DNA of 13,771 nt from an uncultured archaeon (lineage in GTDB: Archaea > Aenigmatarchaeota > Aenigmatarchaeia > CG10238-14): assembly GCA_964392445.1 (NCBI GenBank), contig CAYMPD010000028.1:1-13771 (forward strand), in the 5' to 3' direction. The notes under the pieces were generated by a model. That model was not told the origin of the DNA and did no database searches. It saw only the letters and a program-made list of their open reading frames with translations. Each line of letters starts with the position of its first letter. Position 1 is the first letter of the stretch. The position numbers and the translations under genes were made by a program. This document shows, one piece after another, positions 1 through 7,008 of the stretch.

Positions 1-192
1 ACCAGAATGATTGCCTGTCTGACTATTGCTGGGACTCAGACGGGGATTCTGATTTGGAATGTAATTCCGGTACGACCGATGGTAACTCAACCGGTATAAT
101 GGCCTCAGAGGTCAACGACTGTTCTTCATCTGCATGTTTCTACAACGGAAGATGTTATTCTGATGGAAGTACTGAGACCATACAGGGGGAGA
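1..192 (+). repeat. Exact 192-bp direct repeat, copy 1 (runs off the left edge)
   Basis: Base-by-base identical to 2686..2877. The offset is 2685 bp (895 codons, in frame). The copies diverge at 193/2878 (gagAAccag vs gagAGcaaa). Confidence 0.97.
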
Positions 193-3100
193 ACCAGGTA
201 TGTGGCTCTGGGTATTGGGAAGGGCTGAGAACAGGTCCAGCAAAACCGATCAAGATGAATACCCACATGAACATCACCCAACAGAACTTAACCTTTGAGA
301 TAGGAATCAACGCTTCCAGCATAAGTGCGGGCGACGGCATAAAGATCAATTACACCGTAAGAAACCTGGACCCATACTGTTCTGAAAATCCTGATACAGG
401 TTACTGTTACAGGAACAAAGACAGCTACATAAACCTGACCCAGATAAGACTCTGGTTCGGTGACAATTTAACCTATTATGATTTGGATAAAGACCTTTAC
501 GGTTACGAAATAAAGAGTGGAGAATTCGACAAAACAATCCCAGACATAGATTCATCCTGCTACGACATAAGGGCAGAGTTAGTCTACATAGACGGCAATG
601 ATGGTGATGAATACAGATTCCAATCTTCCAACCTCATACAAAGAGGGACATGTCTATCCAGAAATTCAACTGACCAACCCTGTTCCCATTCCACAGAGTG
701 TGACCAGGGTTTGTACTGCCTGGACACAGATGATGACAACATCTTGGATACCTGCAAACAATCCTCAACCAGCTATGGTTACCTGTGTGAGAAAAGAGGT
801 GTTGGTACAAAGGAAAGAGTGTCCACAGATGGTGATTGCAAGTGGGCAGCACCTGCAGCACAGAACTACAGCATACCTGACGGTTTAGAATGTGAATATG
901 AAGAAGATTGTGTTAACACTTATTGCTGGGATGATGATTCAGACGGGGCAAGGGAGTGTGATTCCAACCCAACAACCGGAAGTGCATCTGGAGTAAATGC
1001 TTCAGACCAGTCCTGCCACCCATCATCCTGTTTCTATGCAGGCAGGTGTTATTCAAACGGAACAACCGTAGACTTGCATTCAGAAGGTGTTAATGAGGAA
1101 TGTATAGACGGGAAATGGCATAAAAGAGTTGCCCTTGAACTGGAAGTCCCGGATACAATAACACCAGGCTCATCGGTTGACATCAACTACACAATAAGGA
1201 ATTTATACCGGTTGTGTGAATCACCTGAGGAAACTTGTATAGAATTACCCAACCACACCTTAACCCTATCCAAACTAACCTTCCAGATAGCCGAACATAG
1301 AGTGAATGAATCCATTTCAGGAACACTGAAAGGTTTCGAGAACAAGACAGACACAATATCAGTGACTGTTCCCGTTATAAACCACACCGACTGCTTCGAT
1401 ATCAAAGGATTCCTATATTTCACAAGGGACGGTAACTCTGAAATAACCAGCTCTGATCCATACATAAGGGGAACCTGTTGGTACCAGAAAACATCAGGTT
1501 CATGTGACAAAGGACCTGAAGGTGATATAGATTACTTCTGTCTATACGACAGCCAGACAGACCCAACACCCGGAACCGTAAGTTCCTCATCCACAGATTA
1601 CGGTAACCTATGTGACCGTTCTTTGGGTACTTCTGTAGCACAGAGGGTATCAGAAATAGACGACAACTGCAGGCCAGCAAGATGGTCACTCGAAAACCAG
1701 AACATTCCCCTAAACATGAGGTGCAGGTATGATGACGATTGTATATCTGGATATTGTAGGGACTATGATGGAGACGGGAAATATGTATGTGTGAGCGGTT
1801 TAGCCCAAGAGGGAGCCATTTGTACTTTGGAAACAGAATGTGATGCAGACTTCTGCTGGGACTCCGACGGTGATGGATTAAAAGAGTGTAACTCCACACC
1901 CAATGAAGGAAACTCAACCGGTATAATGACCAGCTTCCAGTCCTGCCACCCATCAGCCTGTTATTACGACTCCAATCCCGACCTACCTTTAGAGGAAAGA
2001 TGTTACTCAGACGGTTCAACCCTTGATCTATTCTCGGATGGTGAGACAGAGACCTGTCATGACGGTAAGTGGCTGAGGAATGTAAGCCTTACATTGGAAA
2101 TACCAGATGAATTCCAACCAAACCAGGAAGTTACGGTCAATTACACCGTACATAACCTGATGCCCATGTGTGAATGGGAAGAGGGTGTTTGCCAGGAGAT
2201 AGAATCCAACATAATAACCCTGTCCAACCTTACCATCTACGTCACTGACCTTCATGTCTACGACGACACAATCTCCCATGAAATAATAGGCCATCACTCC
2301 ATCAACAATTCATTTACGTTCACAGTACCTGGCATTAACCACACCACTTGCTACGATATCAAAGGCATCCTGAAATACACCAGAGACGGTTCAACCCTTG
2401 AGACTGGGACAGATTCTGCAATAAGGGGTTCATGCAGGTACAACAAAACGTCCGGATATTGTATAAGAGGTCCTGAAGCAGAGACGGGTTACTTCTGTTC
2501 CTACGATTCCCAAACCAATCCAACAAACGGGACCATTAACACATCAACAGATGATTACGGTTATGTCTGTGACCGTCAATTAAGTACGGGTGTGATACAG
2601 AGGGTGACAGAGAATGGTGGTGAGTGCCTTGAAGCAAGGACTTCATCCAAACACAAGAACATCCCTGATAGCATGGATTGTGCTTACCAGAATGATTGCC
2701 TGTCTGACTATTGCTGGGACTCAGACGGGGATTCTGATTTGGAATGTAATTCCGGTACGACCGATGGTAACTCAACCGGTATAATGGCCTCAGAGGTCAA
2801 CGACTGTTCTTCATCTGCATGTTTCTACAACGGAAGATGTTATTCTGATGGAAGTACTGAGACCATACAGGGGGAGAGCAAAATATGTTCTAATGGATTT
2901 TGGTCATTTGAAATAATAGGTGACATAATAGCAGAATACAGAGACATAACCTATGAGTTCAAAGATATGGAACTTAATGATACACATATAAATACGAACG
3001 TTACACTTACAAATAATGAAGGATCAAGTTTAACTCTATTTGACACTTATTTTTACCTTGGAGATACTATTCAAGAAAAGAGAGAAATAGATATTTCAAT

Positions 3101-5537
3101 TGATTCTGGATCTTCTGACACAAGATCATTTTCTATAGAAAAACCTACAGAAACCCCACCAACTTATTATATATTCCATGTGGAGAGTTTAATATATATA
3201 AATGATGAAGGATTTTGGGCTACGTCTGACTTTGGAACTTATGATGCTGTTAAAGATCAGATAAAAGCTGAACTCACTCCCCCATTATGGAACGATACAG
3301 ATGGTTATCTAGGGGGTAACGCCAGTAAAATAGATCAGGGTGATTCTGTTCTACTCTATGGTATGGGTTATGATGAGACAGCTCTAGATTGGGCTGTACT
3401 TTCGACTAATGAGAGCAGTAGCTGGGAGAATAAAACATCTGATTACTCCTCACCACAGGACATGTCAGATGCATCAGAAACATGGATTTGGTCAAACTTC
3501 ACTTGGATCAATTCATCTGTTCCAAAGGGAACAATAGTTGGATGGAGAATCTTTTACAACGATACTAGCGGCAATGAGAACGGAACTGATATTCAATCTT
3601 TTAAAATCAATCAGATTCCCCAATGGTCTAATAAAATAACGTCTCCATCTTCACCAGCAGATTACTCACCCGGACAGTCCTACCAGCTCAATATCACTTG
3701 GGTAAGTGATATAGGATTAGATACAGTTAAAATAGAACACAATCTTACAGGTTCAACATCACCACATAATGACTCATTTACTGGTAACGAAGATGGAGAA
3801 TACTATTTCAATGTTTCTGACTTAGCAGCGGGTACTTATGTCTGGAGATCATTTGCTAATGATACTAATGGGGATGAAAATGTCACTGATCAGTGGAGTT
3901 ATGTTGTTAGCAAGGGTTCTCCCAATCCAGTTAAATTATATTTGAACGGAACAGAGGGCTCGAACAAAACGATCACTTATCCAGAAAATGCGAATGCTAC
4001 TGGTATTGCTCTTTACTCGAATGCCGGGACCGCTCATTTATTTAGAGATGGAATTGAAGTGGATTCTGGAGCTGATAAAGTTAACGAGACTATACTTTTG
4101 GGAAATGGTACCTATGCTTACAAAGTCAATATAACTGGTAATCATAACTACAGTTCTAACTCCACTGGGTTGACCTTCTATTTGACCGTCCACAAGGGAT
4201 CACCATCTCTTTCAGTAGATTTTTCCCCCTCCTCATTAGAGACCTATGGAACCGAAACAATAACTAGTTGTTCCATCGAAGAAGGTGATTCTACAGCTAC
4301 ATTAACGTTATTTAGGAACAGTTCACAGGTCAAACAGGGTTCTGGTAATCAGTTTGAACAAATAACTCTTGGTGCAGGTGTTTGGAATTATTCTTGTAAT
4401 TACAGCGAGTCAGAGAATTATACCTCTTCTTCAACTTTAGATAATTATTTAACTATTAGAAAAGCCTCCTCTACAGTTAATCTTCTTTTGAATGGGACAG
4501 ATTCGGATAGAACATATAATTTAAATGAAACCATAAACAGTTCAGTACAATTAACCACACCATCAGGAACAAATGAAGAGCTGTTTTTAGATACTAATAT
4601 TACAGGATGGACAACAGATTCCGGAACGACCCCCTTTGAAAACATGACTTCTATTTCATCAGTTGGGAAGTATAATTTCACGGGTTCTTGGGGTGGGAAT
4701 GAGAACTACAGCAGTGGCTATGAAACTCATTATGTAACAATCCAAGAGCCCGCATATCTTGAAGTATCACTGATAACACCTCCGCCCACGTTAAGTGTAA
4801 CTCGGTATACCAATTTCACAGTAAATGCGACAGTTCATTGTAGAGATGCTAACTGTGGTCATGTAGAAGCAATAGTTCAATATAATCTTTCCTCAGTAGA
4901 TCCAGATACACCTGTAAACACAACTACCGGAGATACACCACTCTACGTTCAAAGTCTCCCACAAGACGCTTTGAAATCATGTCCAAATAATCCTTTAGAT
5001 CAGGATGAATTCTGTAATTTAACTTGGGTATTAAATGCCACAGGAGCGGAAAATTCTGAATGGAAAGTGGGGACATTATTTAATACATCCAAATCAGGAA
5101 TAGATGATAATCATACTGACAATTCAACAATAACCATTATCCATTGCTCATCTGATATAACTCTCTGGACTCCAGCGACAATAGACTTTGGAACTATAAA
5201 TCCAAATACAAATGAGAATGAAGCAACAGGTAATTCAGGGAATGATTACAACATAACCATAAATGAAGGGAGTTGTAAGAGTAATTTATGGATAAAGGGG
5301 GAAGATTTGACAAATACAACTTATGGTACCTCAATTAATGTGGGTAATTTAACTTGGGGTAATTCCACCAACAATTATAATACATCCTATAATATGGCAG
5401 CCGAATATGCCTCTGTCAACAAAAGCGTTGCTGAAAGAAAGAAAGTCACAACTTATTACTGGTTAAATGTCCCGCCGATTTTAGCAGGTAAATACACTGG
5501 TAATGTTACTATTTTCGCTAATGAGACTGGAAGTTAA
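3..5537 (+). CDS. Giant modular surface protein / putative tip adhesin, 5'-truncated (at least 1844 aa): Cys-rich Ca-loop/Ig repeats, Big_3-like repeats, C-terminal pilin-like domain
   Basis: The frame is open from base 3 (QNDCLSDYCWDSDGDSDLEC...), so the TTG at 54 in the ORF track is an internal Leu. The true start and signal peptide lie left of the window. Repeated C-x5-C-x4/5-C and DxDxDG motifs, beta-rich Ig-like segments, very dense N-x-S/T sequons, no C-terminal TM helix. Confidence 0.85.
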   Translation, partial: QNDCLSDYCWDSDGDSDLECNSGTTDGNSTGIMASEVNDCSSSACFYNGRCYSDGSTETIQGENQVCGSGYWEGLRTGPAKPIKMNTHMNITQQNLTFEIGINASSISAGDGIKINYTVRNLDPYCSENPDTGYCYRNKDSYINLTQIRLWFGDNLTYYDLDKDLYGYEIKSGEFDKTIPDIDSSCYDIRAELVYIDGNDGDEYRFQSSNLIQRGTCLSRNSTDQPCSHSTECDQGLYCLDTDDDNILDTCKQSSTSYGYLCEKRGVGTKERVSTDGDCKWAAPAAQNYSIPDGLECEYEEDCVNTYCWDDDSDGARECDSNPTTGSASGVNASDQSCHPSSCFYAGRCYSNGTTVDLHSEGVNEECIDGKWHKRVALELEVPDTITPGSSVDINYTIRNLYRLCESPEETCIELPNHTLTLSKLTFQIAEHRVNESISGTLKGFENKTDTISVTVPVINHTDCFDIKGFLYFTRDGNSEITSSDPYIRGTCWYQKTSGSCDKGPEGDIDYFCLYDSQTDPTPGTVSSSSTDYGNLCDRSLGTSVAQRVSEIDDNCRPARWSLENQNIPLNMRCRYDDDCISGYCRDYDGDGKYVCVSGLAQEGAICTLETECDADFCWDSDGDGLKECNSTPNEGNSTGIMTSFQSCHPSACYYDSNPDLPLEERCYSDGSTLDLFSDGETETCHDGKWLRNVSLTLEIPDEFQPNQEVTVNYTVHNLMPMCEWEEGVCQEIESNIITLSNLTIYVTDLHVYDDTISHEIIGHHSINNSFTFTVPGINHTTCYDIKGILKYTRDGSTLETGTDSAIRGSCRYNKTSGYCIRGPEAETGYFCSYDSQTNPTNGTINTSTDDYGYVCDRQLSTGVIQRVTENGGECLEARTSSKHKNIPDSMDCAYQNDCLSDYCWDSDGDSDLECNSGTTDGNSTGIMASEVNDCSSSACFYNGRCYSDGSTETIQGESKICSNGFWSFEIIGDIIAEYRDITYEFKDMELNDTHINTNVTLTNNEGSSLTLFDTYFYLGDTIQEKREIDISIDSGSSDTRSFSIEKPTETPPTYYIFHVESLIYINDEGFWATSDFGTYDAVKDQIKAELTPPLWNDTDGYLGGNASKIDQGDSVLLYGMGYDETALDWAVLSTNESSSWENKTSDYSSPQDMSDASETWIWSNFTWINSSVPKGTIVGWRIFYNDTSGNENGTDIQSFKINQIPQWSNKITSPSSPADYSPGQSYQLNITWVSDIGLDTVKIEHNLTGSTSPHNDSFTGNEDGEYYFNVSDLAAGTYVWRSFANDTNGDENVTDQWSYVVSKGSPNPVKLYLNGTEGSNKTITYPENANATGIALYSNAGTAHLFRDGIEVDSGADKVNETILLGNGTYAYKVNITGNHNYSSNSTGLTFYLTVHKGSPSLSVDFSPSSLETYGTETITSCSIEEGDSTATLTLFRNSSQVKQGSGNQFEQITLGAGVWNYSCNYSESENYTSSSTLDNYLTIRKASSTVNLLLNGTDSDRTYNLNETINSSVQLTTPSGTNEELFLDTNITGWTTDSGTTPFENMTSISSVGKYNFTGSWGGNENYSSGYETHYVTIQEPAYLEVSLITPPPTLSVTRYTNFTVNATVHCRDANCGHVEAIVQYNLSSVDPDTPVNTTTGDTPLYVQSLPQDALKSCPNNPLDQDEFCNLTWVLNATGAENSEWKVGTLFNTSKSGIDDNHTDNSTITIIHCSSDITLWTPATIDFGTINPNTNENEATGNSGNDYNITINEGSCKSNLWIKGEDLTNTTYGTSINVGNLTWGNSTNNYNTSYNMAAEYASVNKSVAERKKVTTYYWLNVPPILAGKYTGNVTIFANETGS
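60..2904 (+). repeat. Tandem ~290-310-aa protein modules: units 60-956, 957-1886, 1887-2744 and a partial unit from 2745
   Basis: Each unit runs C-(N/D)S..G..(S/T)G..S...C..S.C(F/Y)Y..RCYS(D/N)G(S/T)T, then an Ig-like domain with (I/V)NYT(V/I)(R/H)NL, then RG(T/S)C, YG.(L/V)C.R....(E/Q)RV, and ends N.(S/N)IP....C....DC...YC.D.D.D. Confidence 0.9.
2686..2877 (+). repeat. Exact 192-bp direct repeat, copy 2
   Basis: Identical to 1..192; encodes QNDCLSDYCWDSDGDSDLECNSGTTDGNSTGIMASEVNDCSSSACFYNGRCYSDGSTETIQGE. Confidence 0.97.
3912..4742 (+). repeat. Three tandem ~90-aa bacterial Ig-like (Big_3-like) repeats
   Basis: The units start KGSPNP (3912), KGSPSL (4194) and KASSTV (4461). They end GNHNYSS / ESENYTS / GNENYSS followed by Y(L/V)T(V/I), matching the G-x-x-N-Y pattern of Big_3-type domains. 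Confidence 0.65.
5118..5534 (+). other. C-terminal pilin/WxL-like beta-sandwich domain of the giant protein
   Basis: Begins DNSTITIIHCSSDITLWTPATIDFGTINP and ends YYWLNVPPILAGKYTGNVTIFA. Both ends align with the termini of the mature 7009..7917 protein. Confidence 0.6.
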
Positions 5538-5555
5538 AAAAATAACTGTGCAGAG

Positions 5556-5571
5556 TTTTATACATATAAAA
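5556..5571 (+). promoter_or_regulatory. Candidate TATA box / inverted repeat TTTTATA-CA-TATAAAA upstream of the 5595 gene
   Basis: 7-bp-arm inverted repeat. TATAAAA lies about 24-30 nt before the ATG with no SD, as expected for a leaderless archaeal transcript. The AT-rich context lowers specificity. Confidence 0.4.
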
Positions 5572-5594
5572 TCATAATTTTTAAATAGTTTGTT

Positions 5595-6239
5595 ATGAGA
5601 GAAATGTTAACTTTAGTCACAATAATTCTTTTAATACCTTTAGTCTACTCTTTCAATTTTGGGACAGTACCTAAAAATAATTACGAAAAAATTCAACAAG
5701 GTCAAAGTACTCACTACACAATCTTATTTTGGAATCTTGGTCAGTCATCTTATCCTGTAAGTGTAGAAATGTTGACAGAACTACCCGGTTGGGATATAAT
5801 AGTAAGACCCCAGAATTTCATTTTAAAACCCACATCCACAGCTAAGCCACCTTATGGGGATGGTGAATATATAGAAATACCGGAGAGAGGTATAGTTGAA
5901 GTGGAAACATTAAGGGTTTTTGTAAAAACTCCCAATTATGTAGAACCTGGGACATATGAACTAGTTTTAGTTGCGAGAGCAGGGGATCTAACTGATCAAG
6001 TATCAGTTCTTCAGGAAAGAGAATTTAAGTTAAAATTGGAGGTAGAGAAAAATCCCACAGTTTTTGAAAGAACCTACGAATCATTAAAATTGACGGGTAA
6101 AAAGGTGGTGGAAAGAAGTAAAGAGGTAAAGAATACTGCTACAGGTATGGTAACTAGCACAAATTTTAGCCCTTTACTTGTTTTCATAGGAGGTTTAATT
6201 CTTATTTTATTGATTATTTTATTAGTTGTGGTTAAATAA
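5595..6239 (+). CDS. Exported single Ig-fold (NEW3/DUF916-like) protein with C-terminal TM anchor, 214 aa
   Basis: Signal peptide MREMLTLVTIILLIPLVYS; motif LRVFVKTPNYVEPGTYELVLVA; TGMVT motif followed by hydrophobic LLVFIGGLILILLIILLVVVK at the C-terminus. Confidence 0.75.
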   Translation: MREMLTLVTIILLIPLVYSFNFGTVPKNNYEKIQQGQSTHYTILFWNLGQSSYPVSVEMLTELPGWDIIVRPQNFILKPTSTAKPPYGDGEYIEIPERGIVEVETLRVFVKTPNYVEPGTYELVLVARAGDLTDQVSVLQEREFKLKLEVEKNPTVFERTYESLKLTGKKVVERSKEVKNTATGMVTSTNFSPLLVFIGGLILILLIILLVVVK

Positions 6240-6300
6240 AAAGAATTTAAGATGTAACTAATTAACATTTATTATACAAAACTATTTAGTCTAACTTTTA

Positions 6301-6312
6301 AACAATATTGTT
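6301..6312. promoter_or_regulatory. Perfect 12-bp palindrome AACAATATTGTT abutting the PqqD-family ATG; possible operator
   Basis: The palindrome is seen directly and ends at the base before ATG 6313. Its function is inferred only. Confidence 0.35.
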
Positions 6313-6594
6313 ATGGAGTATGATATACTTTCTAAAAAACCTTTAAAATCTCCTAATCTTAAGATTATTGATCATGTAGGAATACTTTATGGTACAGTAA
6401 ACGGTGAAAAACTCTGGGAAGTGGACAAAGTAGCTTGGGAAGTTCTAAAAATGTGCGATGGAGATAAAACCGTGGATCAAATAATATGGTCTGTCTCAAA
6501 AAAATTCCAGATAGAAATGGAAGAAGTTAAACCTATAGTGGTAGCAATATTCAAGGAACTGAAAAGAATAGATTTTATAGAATATAAAGACTAG
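6313..6594 (+). CDS. PqqD-family (RRE-fold) protein, 93 aa
   Basis: Hallmark W-x-x-L-x-x-CDG-x-KTV-x-QI segment (AWEVLKMCDGDKTVDQII), then the amphipathic helix VKPIVVAIFKELKRIDFI; size typical of a stand-alone PqqD. Confidence 0.85.
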   Translation: MEYDILSKKPLKSPNLKIIDHVGILYGTVNGEKLWEVDKVAWEVLKMCDGDKTVDQIIWSVSKKFQIEMEEVKPIVVAIFKELKRIDFIEYKD

Positions 6595-6845
6595 TCCATT
6601 TTACTTTTAATTTTATCAAGAACATCCTTTTCTTTTACCATATTAACAAATCTTTCTTTGGGATAGCAGAGTTTTGCCACACCTACTTTTCTTTGGTGCA
6701 CTTTTCCCTCTCCTATTAATTCATGAATATATTTTGTAGCTGTAATTCTACTCATATCTACCATTTCTGATATTTTTTGAATTGTTAATCCTTCAGGATG
6801 ACTTTTGACAGCCTCTAAGATTTTTTCTTTTTGTCCATTCTCTAT
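6591..6845 (-). CDS. Winged helix-turn-helix DNA-binding protein, 84 aa, apparent ATA start; absent from the ORF track
   Basis: Manual translation: IENGQKEKILEAVKSHPEGLTIQKISEMVDMSRITATKYIHELIGEGKVHQRKVGVAKLCYPKERFVNMVKEKDVLDKIKSKMD*. This is a classic wHTH (GLT..I...., SR.T..KY...L...GKV, wing KVG.AKL). An in-frame TAA immediately precedes ATA, and SD-like GGGGT lies 7 nt upstream. Confidence 0.85.
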   Translation of the reverse strand: MENGQKEKILEAVKSHPEGLTIQKISEMVDMSRITATKYIHELIGEGKVHQRKVGVAKLCYPKERFVNMVKEKDVLDKIKSKMD

Positions 6846-6921
6846 TTAATCTACCCCATTTAAATACTATGTCTATTTTATAATATTTAGTAAGTAATTT
6901 TATTAATATATTATGGTTAAC

Positions 6922-6937
6922 AGTAATATTTAAATAT
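6922..6937 (+). promoter_or_regulatory. Candidate BRE (AGTAAT) plus TATA box (TTTAAATA) for the 7009 operon, within the palindrome ATATTTAAATAT
   Basis: Matches the archaeal BRE RNWAAW followed by TTTAWATA; predicted TSS about 6958-6963. It lies in the divergent intergenic region 6846..7008. Confidence 0.5.
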
Positions 6938-6996
6938 AACATATCTCTATAATTTATGCATAAGTTTAATATGGAAAAGAACCAAAACTATTAGTA

Positions 6997-7002
6997 GGAG
7001 GT
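6997..7002 (+). promoter_or_regulatory. Strong Shine-Dalgarno GGAGGT
   Basis: GGAGGTaaataa-ATG(7009): a consensus SD 6 nt before the start and the best SD in the window. Confidence 0.8.
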
Positions 7003-7008
7003 AAATAA

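Noticed and set aside
54-56. TTG start of the 1827-aa ORF in the ORF track
   Set aside because: The frame is open upstream to base 3 and the same sequence is internal at 2739 (Leu). There is no signal peptide or SD, so the gene is 5'-truncated.
155-2775. Minus-strand ORFs 155..349, 346..555, 634..861, 1187..1510, 1420..2019, 2028..2297, 2536..2775 and plus-strand 598..888
   Set aside because: Shadow frames of the giant CDS with no recognisable motifs; the higher GC here lengthens spurious ORFs.
1-2877. Diversity-generating retroelement (TR/VR pair), CRISPR array or IS as the source of the repeats
   Set aside because: The copies are identical with no adenine-specific mismatches; no reverse transcriptase, transposase or regularly spaced short repeats are seen.
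6313-6594. PQQ or RiPP biosynthetic cluster
   Set aside because: Only the PqqD-like gene is present; no pqqB/C/E, radical SAM enzyme or precursor peptide is visible in the window.
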